Assembly: GCA_965140445.1 (NCBI GenBank)
Contig: OZ223236.1
Location: 1,696,001-1,760,000, forward strand
Direction: 5' to 3'
Source: Candidatus Ozemobacteraceae bacterium
Lineage (GTDB): Bacteria; Muiribacteriota; Ozemobacteria; Ozemobacterales; Ozemobacteraceae
DNA: 64,000 nucleotides
The notes under the pieces are model-generated. The model was given only the letters and a program-made list of their open reading frames with translations. It was not told the origin of the DNA and ran no database searches. Numbering within the stretch: the stretch's first letter is position 1; every line of letters starts with the position of its first letter. Of this stretch, positions 1-11,249 are shown piece after piece. Made by a program: the position numbers and the translations under genes.

Positions 1-2314
1 GCTCATTAAATGAATTTTGCAAAATTTCAAATTCATCACCAGAATTAATAGATAATTCCCAATTAAAATCATTTTTCTCTAATTTTGAAATTGCCTGTTG
101 GAATGGAGCTATTGAATTTCCAAGACTATTGGAAAGTTTTCTAGATAGCGTTACGCAGCCGAGCAAAAGGATTAAAATGCAGAAAATTAAAAGTAAATCC
201 TGACTTTTAGATTTATTTGCTGGTATTGCATAAGCCAGTGCGAAGACTGAAGAATTGCCAATGACAGAAGTTGAAATTAAATGAGGTGATGAGCTATCAA
301 GATTTATAATTCTATTAGATCCTGAATTTGAGTAAAGATTGCTCGCAACTTTTAGTAAATCAACTTGAGGAATGACTTTATTTAACGGGTCATATGAGCC
401 ATAGTTTTTTAGACTTTTAAAAGTAAGATTATCATTTGCAAAGTAAGCAAAAGCTATTTTATAACCGTTCTTAAAAAAGACCGACTGATAGAAATTTTGT
501 TTTACTTTTTCAATAAAAAAATCAACCCAGATGTTTACTGGAATACTTATCAACAAAATGGCTTTTAAGTCTAAATCTGGTGTTTTCAAGAAATGTAAAT
601 TTAAGTATTCATTTTTTGGCGACATGCTGTTTGGAATAAACTGTCCTGAGTTTTTTGCCAGATTAGAAACTATTTGAAAATCTATTATGTCGCTTATGAG
701 GCTGTTAGTTATTGAAGCTTTTTGCAGGATTCTGTTTCGTTTTTCGAGGGAAAGATGGTTATAGCTTCCTGCTTCAGAAAGACAATTCCTGAAAAGTCCT
801 GAGAAAAAAGTCGAGCTATCTTCTGATTTAAAGACTATTCTTCTTTTTTGTCCAAATGCTTCCCGGTCATCTTTGTCAATAAGATAATATGAGAACAATA
901 CCTCGGAAAAAGAAGATATTTTATTTGAAACTTCCTGGTTAGGGGCAAAGAAACCAATTTTTTTATTTAGTTTGCTAATCTGGTCACTCGACATTTTGTT
1001 TATCCAATTAGCCATAATGCTATGAAAAGTATTTACACGAATCTTTTCATTTTGTATCTGAATATCTGCAATCTGAAATTGATTATTACTCCAATCCAGA
1101 ATTTTCTCTGCAAGCGCATATTTTTTAAGGCTGGTATAAGAGTTCCACATCCAGAAAAAGCCGGCTAAAGGGAATATCATAGAAAATAGAAAAAAGGCAG
1201 AAATTACTTTTTTTAAGCTTAGCCTGATTTGAATTCGGTTAAAGAAGATAGCTACAAATAAAGGAAAGCTAAGGCCCAGCAAAAGTCCTACTAATAATTT
1301 ATATTTTTTGAGGTTTTTTAATGACTCTATTTTAGAGCTGTCAAACGAAATTCTTATAGAAGGGAAGCGATTATCAGAACTGGAAAAGGCATTCCTAAAA
1401 GCTTCTGGAAGGTCTATAACAATTGATATCTGGTCATCTTCCTTTACTATCTCTGGAAGCTTTGTCAAACTTGTCAGGCCATAACAGTGCTTAAAATCCT
1501 TGTTGTTAAGCTTTTTTATTTTTGCAGCCAAAGCTTTTCTTCTATTAAGATTTTTCTCAAGAAATACGTAGAACAGAAAGGTTTTCGATTCAGTTTTTTC
1601 GGATCCAGGAAGTGCAAGAAGACTCCAGTTGGCAGTAGTATTATATGCCGTTGAAAATCGATTGCAGCTATCAAAGACCCGGGTGCTGAATCCATTTAGA
1701 ATGCCAAACGAATTTTTAAGCTCTGTTATTAGTGAAAGATTTAAAAGGTGTTCGGAAGCCTTTTTTCCAGCTCTAATTCTTTCAATAATAACTGTGTGTG
1801 CGCTTACTAGCGCTCTTCTAAACTTTCTGGCGTCTGTATGTATTTTAAAATCATTTCCCACTTCCCAATAAATAGATTCGGGGGAAGAGGCAATAATGCC
1901 TATCAGATCTGGTTCCGAGCCAATAACTCTGGTTATGGCTGCTTTTGTCCTTTTTAGGTCAGCTTTTAAATTTGTTGTTCCTTCTCGGGGTAGTTTATTG
2001 AAAAAGGGATGGCTTTGATGAGCTTTCAATAGCTCAGATTTACTCATCTTTGAATGACTTTCTGAACAACTTTCCAGTTTAAGCTCTTCTGCTAGAAAAG
2101 AAATTAAGTCATTCTCTGAATTATATTTATTTGATTCAACAAATAATGCCTCTTTTATTCGGTTAAGAGAGATCTCTTTTTCGATTTCGTATGACTTTTG
2201 TAAGAGAAGTAGCCCGGATAGATTTGGTAGAAGTATGAAAAAAAGCCAGATAAGAAGTGGAGAAAGCTTTTTTAAGTTTGTTTTTCTTGTAAAAAGTTTA
2301 TGTTTATTTAGCAT
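1..2314 (-). CDS. Membrane class III adenylate/guanylate cyclase paralog 6 (3' end, including the cyclase domain, lies outside the window)
   Basis: Not in the ORF track because it runs off the window edge. ATG at 2314 reads MLNKHKLFTRKTNLKKLSPLLIWLFFILLPNL (TM1). The same frame ends at the edge with the HAMP motif SGDEFEILQNSFNE, matching SGDEFEMLADSFNQ of paralog 4. It overlaps the upstream stop by 7 nt. Confidence 0.8.
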   Translation of the reverse strand, partial: MLNKHKLFTRKTNLKKLSPLLIWLFFILLPNLSGLLLLQKSYEIEKEISLNRIKEALFVESNKYNSENDLISFLAEELKLESCSESHSKMSKSELLKAHQSHPFFNKLPREGTTNLKADLKRTKAAITRVIGSEPDLIGIIASSPESIYWEVGNDFKIHTDARKFRRALVSAHTVIIERIRAGKKASEHLLNLSLITELKNSFGILNGFSTRVFDSCNRFSTAYNTTANWSLLALPGSEKTESKTFLFYVFLEKNLNRRKALAAKIKKLNNKDFKHCYGLTSLTKLPEIVKEDDQISIVIDLPEAFRNAFSSSDNRFPSIRISFDSSKIESLKNLKKYKLLVGLLLGLSFPLFVAIFFNRIQIRLSLKKVISAFFLFSMIFPLAGFFWMWNSYTSLKKYALAEKILDWSNNQFQIADIQIQNEKIRVNTFHSIMANWINKMSSDQISKLNKKIGFFAPNQEVSNKISSFSEVLFSYYLIDKDDREAFGQKRRIVFKSEDSSTFFSGLFRNCLSEAGSYNHLSLEKRNRILQKASITNSLISDIIDFQIVSNLAKNSGQFIPNSMSPKNEYLNLHFLKTPDLDLKAILLISIPVNIWVDFFIEKVKQNFYQSVFFKNGYKIAFAYFANDNLTFKSLKNYGSYDPLNKVIPQVDLLKVASNLYSNSGSNRIINLDSSSPHLISTSVIGNSSVFALAYAIPANKSKSQDLLLIFCILILLLGCVTLSRKLSNSLGNSIAPFQQAISKLEKNDFNWELSINSGDEFEILQNSFNE

Positions 2315-5232
2315 GGATTGCTTTCTCCAAGCAGAATATAAGTTTTTACGGGAATTGTTTTACCCTTGACTTGTAATTCCTCGAAGAAAGAGAAGTTGAA
2401 TTGTTCTTCAACCAGTTTAAATGTAGCTTCAGAGACTACTGCTTGAAAATTGCACTTGCTTCTTGATAGAGATTCCAACCTTGCAGCAAGATTTACAGCG
2501 TCTCCAATAAGTGTAAAATCTTTTCTTCCAGCCTTGTTACCTATTTTCCCTGAAATTACATTTCCAGAAGATATGCCCACCCCAATATTAAAACTAAAAC
2601 CAGTATCTTTCTCTATTTGGATTTTAAGCTCTTTTTCTTTTTGCTTTATGAGAACTGCAGTCCTGCAGGCATCAAAAAATTGTGTCTCCCCTTTAAATGA
2701 AAACATTATGGCATCGCTTAAGTATTTATCTATGACACCGTTGTTGTTTATTATTATAGGCTCAAGCTCGGAAAAGTATTTATTTAAAATTCTTATTGTT
2801 TGCTCTGGTTCTAATTCTTTAGACATCTGGATAAAATTGTTTATGTGAGTAAAACCTATTGTTCGTTGGGTTTTTCGTGGTTGTACGCTTTCTGAGTTGC
2901 ATATCTCGGCTGAAATAGTTTCAGCAGCTTCGGTTGAAACAAATCGGTTAAGTTTTTGTCTTTCCTCAAAGCCTTTTATCATTGTATTAAAGCTACTTAT
3001 CAAATCTGAAAAGTCGCCGTTTCCGTCAAAAACCAGTTTTGGAAAATGTCCTTTTCTTATCTCTTTTACACCATCTAATAATAGTGAGATTGGTTCTATG
3101 TAATAAGTCGCCAGCTGCATTGAAAGAAACGCAATCAAGCCCAATATAATCATTACAAAAATAGGAAATCCAACCCAGGTAATTGCAATTTCCATTGATG
3201 AAGAACTTTCAAGAGAAAAAGTAACTATTCTCATTGTTGTATTGGAAACCTGATGAACTGAAAATAGTTTAGTTGTATTAGAATCTGCCTTTTCAGACCA
3301 ACTTTTGAAATCGTTTCCATTTTTTAATCTCTCGGCTGCAAACTGTAAACTCTTTTCATTTGATAGAGCTGGCGGCCAGAAATATACTATTTCTTTATTG
3401 TCGGGTGAAAATTCAAAAATACAATTTTGAACAAGATTGCCATCTAGTCTTTGAAGCAGTGATTCTTGAATTTTGGGGTCAGATTCAATAAATTCCCTGA
3501 TAAGTTTTTGATAGTTAAAAATGAGAAATAAAAATCCAGAATGCTTTCGATGTTTTTCTTCTTTGAAAAGAAAATTACAAACAGAGAGCCGGAAATTTTT
3601 ATTATCAGTGTTAGGTGTTGAAAACAAATACCCCTCTTGATTACAGAAGGAGTTTAACGAATCATTAGAAACAAGTTCTCCAAGTGCAACAATGTTTCGT
3701 CCACCAGGCAATCGCTTAATTTTGTCTATGGCTGAAGAGTCTGTTAACCCAGATTGTTGAAGTACTTTATAGGCCTGGGCAAGTAGAGTGGATTTAAAGA
3801 GAAAAAGTGTTTTTCTATCTCTTTCTGAAAGTTGGGATTTGATACAGAGATTTTCCAGCAAAACTCCATCTGATCGTATAAAGAAATATCCTTCCAAAGC
3901 TTTTCCAACCTGGTTCTCCAGAAAACTTGAAATTGACTCTTGAGAGTCATCAAGGTGTGATAGCGTGGCAATTTTGATTTTTCCAGATTTCTTTTTCAAT
4001 ACTGAATCAAAACTTTGAATCTTCATCTCAAGAAGTTTTGAGCTCTGTTGAAGTTGCTTCAATTTAATATTTGATTTCAATTGGAGAAAATAGTTTGAAA
4101 AATTTCTGCTAACAGCGATAAAAACGCCGAATGGAAGCAGGCAAAATAAGAAAATAGAAAAGAAGAACTTTTGTCTAATGCTAATTTTTAGAATGAATTT
4201 AGATTGGGAAATCTTTATCAGAGCAATGCCTGAAAAGGCTATCAGAAGAAGGATTAAATTCAAAATAGTTGGTAAAAATGAACTATTAAGACTCTCTGAG
4301 GATTTGCGCATTTGAACAAAACACATTGGCATTTTTTGTGGTTTTTGTAGCAAACTGCCATTTTTTAGTCCAATAGTTGTTATGTCTTTGCTCTTATGAA
4401 TACCCATTTTTAAAATGGATTCAGGCAAAAGATCTGAAAGGCGGATAAAGTTTTTACTTGTTTCTTGAAAAACAAAATCAGAATGTGACCGGGAAATCGA
4501 GTAACCGCGAGATATTTTCTTGTTTTTATTATTATTTTTAGTCTCAATCAGGAAAGGTTTTAAACTAACTTCAGCCTCAATAAAGGTTAAAAGGAAAAAA
4601 TATTTTTTCCCAGCGATGCTAAGTGTTTGCCTGAAAGCAAAAATCTTATCTCCTTTAAACTTATTGGTATAGCCAGAGTAGAGTTTTCCTGATTTCTCAA
4701 ACAGGCTAAAGTCGTTTCCAAATATTGGTTTGCAAATCTGCTTGAGAAGTCGCAATTTACCGCTATTAGTAATTTTACCTCTGTCTTTTTTCTCTAATGT
4801 ATCTAAGATTCTTTTAAGAGTCGATCTGCTGGGAGCTGTAGTCTTCGAGAAATATTTCTTTGAGTATGCTGATAAGACATTGCCTGATTTAACCTCAAGA
4901 AATGCAAACAGCAGTGGAGAAAAATAAGGTTTAAAGGGAGCTTTTTCTTTGTTCTGAAAGAATTGAAATGCTTGTTGTAACCTTGATTTAATTTTTTTTT
5001 CTAGAAAATTAGTTAGATTCAGATCTTTTTTGAATTCTTCCAACTCTTTTTGTTGAGCTTGGAAAATTTCAATATTCTGGTTTTGAATATCCAAATTAGA
5101 AAAATAAGTTATTGTTACTTTGGCTGCCAATATTGGTAAAAATATTGCCAAAAGCCAAATTAAAAGGGAGTTGCCAACGGAATTTTTTTGCTGACAAATT
5201 GTTGTTGGAGAAAATCTGTTTGAGCTATTCAT
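2308..5232 (-). CDS. Membrane class III nucleotidyl cyclase paralog 5 (4 TM, HAMP, cyclase; His-type/C2-like)
   Basis: Motifs FTHINNF, IDKYLSDAIM and KDFTLIGDAVNLAARLES, with HAMP before the cyclase domain. ATG at 5232 overlaps the upstream stop by 8 nt (the track uses 5253). Confidence 0.9.
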   Translation of the reverse strand: MNSSNRFSPTTICQQKNSVGNSLLIWLLAIFLPILAAKVTITYFSNLDIQNQNIEIFQAQQKELEEFKKDLNLTNFLEKKIKSRLQQAFQFFQNKEKAPFKPYFSPLLFAFLEVKSGNVLSAYSKKYFSKTTAPSRSTLKRILDTLEKKDRGKITNSGKLRLLKQICKPIFGNDFSLFEKSGKLYSGYTNKFKGDKIFAFRQTLSIAGKKYFFLLTFIEAEVSLKPFLIETKNNNKNKKISRGYSISRSHSDFVFQETSKNFIRLSDLLPESILKMGIHKSKDITTIGLKNGSLLQKPQKMPMCFVQMRKSSESLNSSFLPTILNLILLLIAFSGIALIKISQSKFILKISIRQKFFFSIFLFCLLPFGVFIAVSRNFSNYFLQLKSNIKLKQLQQSSKLLEMKIQSFDSVLKKKSGKIKIATLSHLDDSQESISSFLENQVGKALEGYFFIRSDGVLLENLCIKSQLSERDRKTLFLFKSTLLAQAYKVLQQSGLTDSSAIDKIKRLPGGRNIVALGELVSNDSLNSFCNQEGYLFSTPNTDNKNFRLSVCNFLFKEEKHRKHSGFLFLIFNYQKLIREFIESDPKIQESLLQRLDGNLVQNCIFEFSPDNKEIVYFWPPALSNEKSLQFAAERLKNGNDFKSWSEKADSNTTKLFSVHQVSNTTMRIVTFSLESSSSMEIAITWVGFPIFVMIILGLIAFLSMQLATYYIEPISLLLDGVKEIRKGHFPKLVFDGNGDFSDLISSFNTMIKGFEERQKLNRFVSTEAAETISAEICNSESVQPRKTQRTIGFTHINNFIQMSKELEPEQTIRILNKYFSELEPIIINNNGVIDKYLSDAIMFSFKGETQFFDACRTAVLIKQKEKELKIQIEKDTGFSFNIGVGISSGNVISGKIGNKAGRKDFTLIGDAVNLAARLESLSRSKCNFQAVVSEATFKLVEEQFNFSFFEELQVKGKTIPVKTYILLGESNPC

Positions 5233-8200
5233 TTCTTTGGCCAACAACCTCAAAAGACATTTCGGAGTTTAACTCAGGATGGGTGAATGGTAAAAGCTCA
5301 AAACTGCCTTTCTCCGATTTGATAATCTTGGCGGTTTCCTCGTCAATCAAAATTGGAGAAACCTTAGCAAATTTACTTAAACTTTCAAGTTTCTCTGCAT
5401 GTTTTAGAGGTAATCCAACAATAGTCGCATCAAGCTTTCCTTTTTCAGTTCCAACTCTTCCAGAAATCACTTCTCCTGTAGAAATTCCAATGCCATTTTC
5501 TATGCAAAATTTTGCCTTTTCTTTTCTTTGCTCATTAATAAATCTTAGCTGTTTTCGCATTTCTATAGCTGCTCTGGTAGCTCTTAACTCTGGATTGTCT
5601 TGATTATTAATAAAGAAAACTGCTTGAATTGCATCCCCAATCAACTTGTCGATTATTCCGCCTTCAGCCTCAATAACAGAGGCCATAATGCTAAAATATT
5701 GATTTAGCATTTCCACTATTTCCTCTGGTGAGTTTTGCTCTGATAGTGTGGTGAATCCTCTAATGTCGGAAAATAAAACACTCGCTTTTACTTTTTCCCC
5801 ACCAGGTTTAAGTAGTCTTTCATCTTTTGAAGAAACAACATCCAAAACGTTTTGTGATACAAGCTGAGAAATCTTTTGCCGCTCAATCAACTTCACCGAC
5901 ATTTGATTAAAAGAATCGGCCAGCATTTCAAATTCGTCTCCAGATTCCAGGTCTATTTTCCAAAGGAGATTGTTTTTTCTGGTTTCTTCGATTGCTTTGG
6001 TAAAAGGTTCTATGGAAAAAAGTAAGACCCTTGCAGTCGCGAGAGACAAGATTATGCTGGACGAAAGTGCTGCAAGGATAGTAATTAGAAGCAGCCAATC
6101 TTCTTCGGTAATAAATCTGGAGCTGATTTTTTCCGCATAAACCATTGCAAACATACTGTTAAAAGCAATTTTTTTTCCGAAGAGAAGGTGAGGAACGGTA
6201 AAGTCCAGATTGTTCTGCTTTAAACTCTCTGTTGTCTTATAAGCAGCTTTTGCAATTTTAAAAAGCCGACTTTGCTCTGCTAATGAGATTATTTTTTTAT
6301 CCACATCCATCTGATTAAGATTTCTGGAATTGACTGAGTTTACAGGCAGAAAAACAATTTTAAAGTGATATCCGTCTTGCACAAAGTTAACGCTGATCCT
6401 TTTTTTATCAATCATATGCCCAACATGATAAATCCACGAGGACGAGTCAGAGTAAAGCGCTAAAATTCCGTCCGGACCATCATCTTCCTGATTTAAAAAA
6501 TAGATAGAGAAGAATTCTTTTCTCGGGGTTAATTTGCTTTCAACTGGAATAGCCTCAAGCTCAAACATTTTTTTAAATAATGAAGTATCAAGTCCCTGTT
6601 CGATGATTCCATTTGAGAGATCAACTTTTTGGGCTATTGATCGTTGTTTCTGGGGAGATAGCTTTCTATAGCCGCCAGTGCTTAGCATGCAGTCGTTAAA
6701 TGAGCCAATTAGGAGGGGTTTCAATTCTTCACTTGTGCTAACCTGGTTGCTGCTATGGCCCGAGCTATAATACTCATCTCCACTTACAAAGAAATAATAG
6801 AAAAATGGCCTTGCAGCATATAATTTGTTCTCGATAGTCAGTCGTTTTTTCAAGCTGAATGTTTTTTCAATTTGCCTTCTTTGTTTTAGGCTTTGCTTTT
6901 CAATCTTTTTGCTTATCCAATTTTGGTAATTAGCTACTCTACAACTTTGCAGGACAAATTTCTTTTCCAACTCTAATAGCTTTTGTTCCATAGTTTGGAA
7001 TATTTTTTGAGTTTCATACTCTTTTTGATTACTCAAGAAAGAAATTCCAAAAAAAATAACTCCAGAAATGGGAATAATGATTCCAGCCATGAAGCTTGCT
7101 GCAATGACAAATTTTAATTTTTTCATTGACTCAAAACGGTTCAGATAAACCCCAGGTACAATCAAAAACGAGCAAAGTAGAAATATTGACCAGATGGTTC
7201 TTAGTATTCCATTAGGACCAAATTGAAGCTTATCCTGATCAAATTTTATAGAAATTTTAAGAGCTGGCTCGGTTTTTCCAAAGTCTTTTGTTTGTTCTCT
7301 TAGTAAATTTTTCAAATCATATGGAATCGGGGCTAACAGACAGATTTGTTTCTTTTCCTCATAGAATTTTGGAAGTCCTTCAATTTTTGTTTTTCCAAAA
7401 CTATGACTAACAATAGATTTATTATATTTTTTTAAGATGCTTTTAAGTTGATGTCTTACATTAAGTTTGTTTTTTATGAAAAACAAAAGCAGACTGTGTG
7501 GCTGGTTTTTGTCATCAAAGAAAGTTAGGCTGTACTGAAAAACAATGGCATTGGCCTTTATGGAAAATCTGGTATTTATCCCATGAATGGAGTTCTCAGA
7601 TGGTTGCATAAACCCAAGAGTCTTGTTAAAAAGATGAAAGTTTTTGGTCACTCGGTACTGTATGTTCACATTGATTTTCATCTTGACGCGTTTTAACCAG
7701 AATTTGTAAAGTTCTTCCAATTCTGCTTTAAACTCTTCGTTGGTGCCTAATTGAACGAAAGGTTTATTAAGTTTCCAGCTCAATTCATCTGGATTTGGTG
7801 ATAAATGGAAATAAGCATCAGGAGAACTGCCCGTTTCTTTATTTATTATCGTTAGAAAATTGTTTAGCTTTGCTTCTGTGAATTTTTCATAGAATGGAAG
7901 TTTTGAAATTATTTTATGATTATTAGTTAAAAATTTATGCTTTTGATTTCCCGAAAAATACTGGTGATAAATGGGACCAGACTTGATTGTATCCAATGCG
8001 TGGTGCAGGAAGTGGTCAGATTCAAATTCAATCTGGTATTTCTGGTATTCATTCATTAGCCTTTGTTTGGCTGAAGCAATAAATTCGTTCTTTTGAAATC
8101 TCAAAAGCTCTGAAACTATTTCTCTAATAGCAATTGATGGGATTAGTAGTGCCATTATCCAGAAAAGAACAGGTGCAAAGTAGGCAAATAGCCCAATTTT

Positions 8201-8233
8201 TTTTGAAATAACAACTGTATCTTTATTAGACAT
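5225..8233 (-). CDS. Membrane class III nucleotidyl cyclase paralog 4 (Asp-type/C1-like)
   Basis: Motifs FSDIRGFTT, IDKLIGDAIQ and LDATIVGLPLKHAEKLES (N/R absent); HAMP DEFEMLADSFNQM; four hydrophobic segments. Confidence 0.9.
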   Translation of the reverse strand: MSNKDTVVISKKIGLFAYFAPVLFWIMALLIPSIAIREIVSELLRFQKNEFIASAKQRLMNEYQKYQIEFESDHFLHHALDTIKSGPIYHQYFSGNQKHKFLTNNHKIISKLPFYEKFTEAKLNNFLTIINKETGSSPDAYFHLSPNPDELSWKLNKPFVQLGTNEEFKAELEELYKFWLKRVKMKINVNIQYRVTKNFHLFNKTLGFMQPSENSIHGINTRFSIKANAIVFQYSLTFFDDKNQPHSLLLFFIKNKLNVRHQLKSILKKYNKSIVSHSFGKTKIEGLPKFYEEKKQICLLAPIPYDLKNLLREQTKDFGKTEPALKISIKFDQDKLQFGPNGILRTIWSIFLLCSFLIVPGVYLNRFESMKKLKFVIAASFMAGIIIPISGVIFFGISFLSNQKEYETQKIFQTMEQKLLELEKKFVLQSCRVANYQNWISKKIEKQSLKQRRQIEKTFSLKKRLTIENKLYAARPFFYYFFVSGDEYYSSGHSSNQVSTSEELKPLLIGSFNDCMLSTGGYRKLSPQKQRSIAQKVDLSNGIIEQGLDTSLFKKMFELEAIPVESKLTPRKEFFSIYFLNQEDDGPDGILALYSDSSSWIYHVGHMIDKKRISVNFVQDGYHFKIVFLPVNSVNSRNLNQMDVDKKIISLAEQSRLFKIAKAAYKTTESLKQNNLDFTVPHLLFGKKIAFNSMFAMVYAEKISSRFITEEDWLLLITILAALSSSIILSLATARVLLFSIEPFTKAIEETRKNNLLWKIDLESGDEFEMLADSFNQMSVKLIERQKISQLVSQNVLDVVSSKDERLLKPGGEKVKASVLFSDIRGFTTLSEQNSPEEIVEMLNQYFSIMASVIEAEGGIIDKLIGDAIQAVFFINNQDNPELRATRAAIEMRKQLRFINEQRKEKAKFCIENGIGISTGEVISGRVGTEKGKLDATIVGLPLKHAEKLESLSKFAKVSPILIDEETAKIIKSEKGSFELLPFTHPELNSEMSFEVVGQRNE

Positions 8234-11200
8234 TTATATCCACCAATTCGTAGACATCAACTGGAAGTTTTTTCCCTTTTATTGCGACTTTCCCCACCAG
8301 GTTAGATTTTATTTCAGTGTCTGCGATTTTACTTAATTCAGATGAAATAATGATTCTCTGAGCTTTTGAGCTATGAGAAAAGGACTCCAGGCGAGCAGCT
8401 AAATTCACTGTGTCACCAATTACAGTAAAATCCATTCTTCCCATTTTTGATCCAATTTTTCCTCTGATAACTTCACCAAAAGAAATTCCTACACCTATTT
8501 TTATTGTGGGAATATTGTTTTCTATTAATTTTTTATTTACTTTTTCCACTCTATTTCTCATTTCTAGAGCGGCTTTACAAGCATTTTTACAGTTTTGTTG
8601 CTCTGAGTCTGAGCTTGAAAAAACTGCCATTATAGCATCTCCAATATACTTATCTATGGCTCCGTTATTCCCTGGAATGCACGGTTCCATTTCAGCAAAA
8701 AATAGATTTAGGAGAAGAATTAATTTTTCAGGGGAAGTATTTTGGCAAAGATCACTAAAATTTCTAATATGAGAAAATAGCACAACAACGTTTCTGCGCT
8801 CACTTTTATGCTCCTGAAGACTTATGCTTTCTTCTTCAATTGACTTTGCGACATCCGAAGAAATAAAGCGCTCCAGCAATTTTCTTTCTTTGAGCCCATC
8901 AATCATTAGATTGAACTCACTTATAACTTTAGAAAGTTCGAATCCGTGTTTAAAATCAATTTTTGGATATACACCCTCGCTAAGATACTTTGTTCCCTCA
9001 AGAAGCGCGTCAATCGGTTTTATGAAAATATCTGAAAGGGAGCTTACCAGAATTGATATCATAAAAACCAGATATAAAATGATTATTAGTAAGACAATAT
9101 TCAGTAATAAGTCGTCTGAAACTGTTGATGTAAAAGTTGACTTTGAAACAGCGACAAGAGGAAAACCAAAAATTTTTCGGGCAGCAAAAATAGTTGGGAG
9201 TCCGTCTTCTGAGTAATCAATCCAGGAAATCTGATTTTGTTTTCCCAAAATTCTATTTGCCGCTGTAACCATTTGATGATCTTTATTGGCATTTCTGGGC
9301 CATGAATCATTTAGAGCTAATTCCTGGGAGTCAAGATCGTTAGTAGAGAAGATAGAAGTTCTGGTAAGAATGCCGTTGTCTCTATTTAGAAAAAATCTCC
9401 AACTATCTGGTTGTTTTGTTAAATAATCAGAAGCAATTTTTTTTATGTTTTGGATAAAAATGATTATTGCCGATTTGCTATTTTGGGATTTTTTTGAAAA
9501 CAAATTGAACGAAATCATTCTGTAATAGCTTCTATCTGACTTTTCGGTTTCAAAATATTCGCCGTCCTGGCAACAAAATGAATCTCTATCAATATTTTCA
9601 AATACTTTCCCGTAGGCTAAAAGCTTTTTTCCCTTTGGTGTTTTTCGAATTTTTTCAAAATATTTTCCATGCAAAATTCCCATCTCTTGAAATATTCCAA
9701 AGATGTTGCCTTGAGAAATTTCATTAAAAAAGAGAAGTTGATCTCTATCTTTGCCATAAACTTCTTTAACTGGTGGGAATTTTTCAATAATAAGACCATC
9801 ATTTCGTTGAAAGGTACACCCTGTAAAAAGTTTTCCCATATTTTTATCAATTTCAGATTCAATGAGCTTTGAATCTCCATCTACCTTGTTTCTAAGGTTT
9901 TCCTTAAAACTAGCTAATTTTTGTTTCTGAAGCTCATCATAATTTTTTAGATTTAATTCAAGAAGGTGCAGATTTTGAATTAGCGACTGCTGATGGCTAT
10001 TTAGCCGGGATGCTTTTAGGAAATAAACATACTTTTGGGAAAGAACTATGAAGAGAGCTATTGGAAGAATTGTTGATGTGATTATTGCTAAGAATAGTTT
10101 TGAATGAATTTTGAGCTTTATTGTTTTTTTCTCGCAAAATAGTTTTAAAGCAGAGAGGGAGAGAAAAGCAAAGACCAATAAAGCAATGCTTATCTCTCCT
10201 TTAAATTTATAAAGAAAAATTTTGTCTGGATTTTCAAAAATCTTACTTTTAAGGAATAGGTATTTTGCTGGATAGGTCCAAAGTTCCTTTTTATAGTAGT
10301 TTTTTGTGAATAGATCTTTTCCTTTATGTGAGCCAATTCGCATAAAACTATTTGGCAATGGTGCGATTGAGTTAAAGTAGCCTTTTGGGGCTTCGAAAAC
10401 ATTAAGGGGCTTAGTTGTTTTGTAATAAGAAAAGCTTCTTGAAATATTTTGAGGTTTTAGATAATTGGTAGCCCATTTTAAATGTTTCTTTCTGGAAATT
10501 TCTGATTCTGAAAAAGCAATAAAATATCCTATTGCATTTCCTTTATCGACAAGCTTTTCTGGAAAAAAGCAAAAATAGGAAAAGACTCTCATTCCTCCAT
10601 GTTTTTCAGAAAAACTGCCAAGTATTTTTCGATTTTTTTGAGGTAGAATTGTGTATTTGCCTAAGAGTGTTCTAGAAATTTGTGTTAGCAATTTTGGCGA
10701 TTCAAGCTTCTTATTTGGGCTGGTTGATTTTTTTAAAAGGTGATTCATAAGGCGTCGCAAAGCTGAAAAACCCACAAGCTTAAATTCATTTTCGTTTTTT
10801 TTGTTAAAAAACCGCGTTATATTTTTTTTATCTTGTGAAAGAGTAAAAAGCATTGTAGGTAGAGAGCCGAATCTTTCTTTAAACTCTTTTAAAATTTGTG
10901 TTTCAAGAGTTTTACAGTCGAGGTTAGATGGAAGTCCTTGATAGGAAAATGTTTTATCTAAGTCTTTAAAAGGAAGTTTTAATTTGGACTCTAAATCTGC
11001 AAATTGCCATTCTAGAAAGTTTTCAATTTTTAAGTTTTCTATGAATTTGTTGTTATCTTCATTCAAGAGGATAGTTGTTGTTGAATGAAGCTTTTTCAGT
11101 TGTTGTTCAACATAAACGTTAAGGATTAGTTTGCCGAGTAACACAGGAATAAAAATTACGAAAAACCAGAATAAAACAGCTCTTTTTAGGGTGGGGGATT

Positions 11201-11249
11201 CGCTTGCAAGAACAACTCTCATTGCATTTCCATTCTGAGTTTTACTCAT
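8226..11249 (-). CDS. Membrane class III nucleotidyl cyclase paralog 3 (His-type/C2-like)
   Basis: Motifs FSHIRNFS, IDKYIGDAIM and MDFTVIGDTVNLAARLES; HAMP; four hydrophobic segments. Confidence 0.9.
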   Translation of the reverse strand: MSKTQNGNAMRVVLASESPTLKRAVLFWFFVIFIPVLLGKLILNVYVEQQLKKLHSTTTILLNEDNNKFIENLKIENFLEWQFADLESKLKLPFKDLDKTFSYQGLPSNLDCKTLETQILKEFKERFGSLPTMLFTLSQDKKNITRFFNKKNENEFKLVGFSALRRLMNHLLKKSTSPNKKLESPKLLTQISRTLLGKYTILPQKNRKILGSFSEKHGGMRVFSYFCFFPEKLVDKGNAIGYFIAFSESEISRKKHLKWATNYLKPQNISRSFSYYKTTKPLNVFEAPKGYFNSIAPLPNSFMRIGSHKGKDLFTKNYYKKELWTYPAKYLFLKSKIFENPDKIFLYKFKGEISIALLVFAFLSLSALKLFCEKKTIKLKIHSKLFLAIITSTILPIALFIVLSQKYVYFLKASRLNSHQQSLIQNLHLLELNLKNYDELQKQKLASFKENLRNKVDGDSKLIESEIDKNMGKLFTGCTFQRNDGLIIEKFPPVKEVYGKDRDQLLFFNEISQGNIFGIFQEMGILHGKYFEKIRKTPKGKKLLAYGKVFENIDRDSFCCQDGEYFETEKSDRSYYRMISFNLFSKKSQNSKSAIIIFIQNIKKIASDYLTKQPDSWRFFLNRDNGILTRTSIFSTNDLDSQELALNDSWPRNANKDHQMVTAANRILGKQNQISWIDYSEDGLPTIFAARKIFGFPLVAVSKSTFTSTVSDDLLLNIVLLIIILYLVFMISILVSSLSDIFIKPIDALLEGTKYLSEGVYPKIDFKHGFELSKVISEFNLMIDGLKERKLLERFISSDVAKSIEEESISLQEHKSERRNVVVLFSHIRNFSDLCQNTSPEKLILLLNLFFAEMEPCIPGNNGAIDKYIGDAIMAVFSSSDSEQQNCKNACKAALEMRNRVEKVNKKLIENNIPTIKIGVGISFGEVIRGKIGSKMGRMDFTVIGDTVNLAARLESFSHSSKAQRIIISSELSKIADTEIKSNLVGKVAIKGKKLPVDVYELVDINV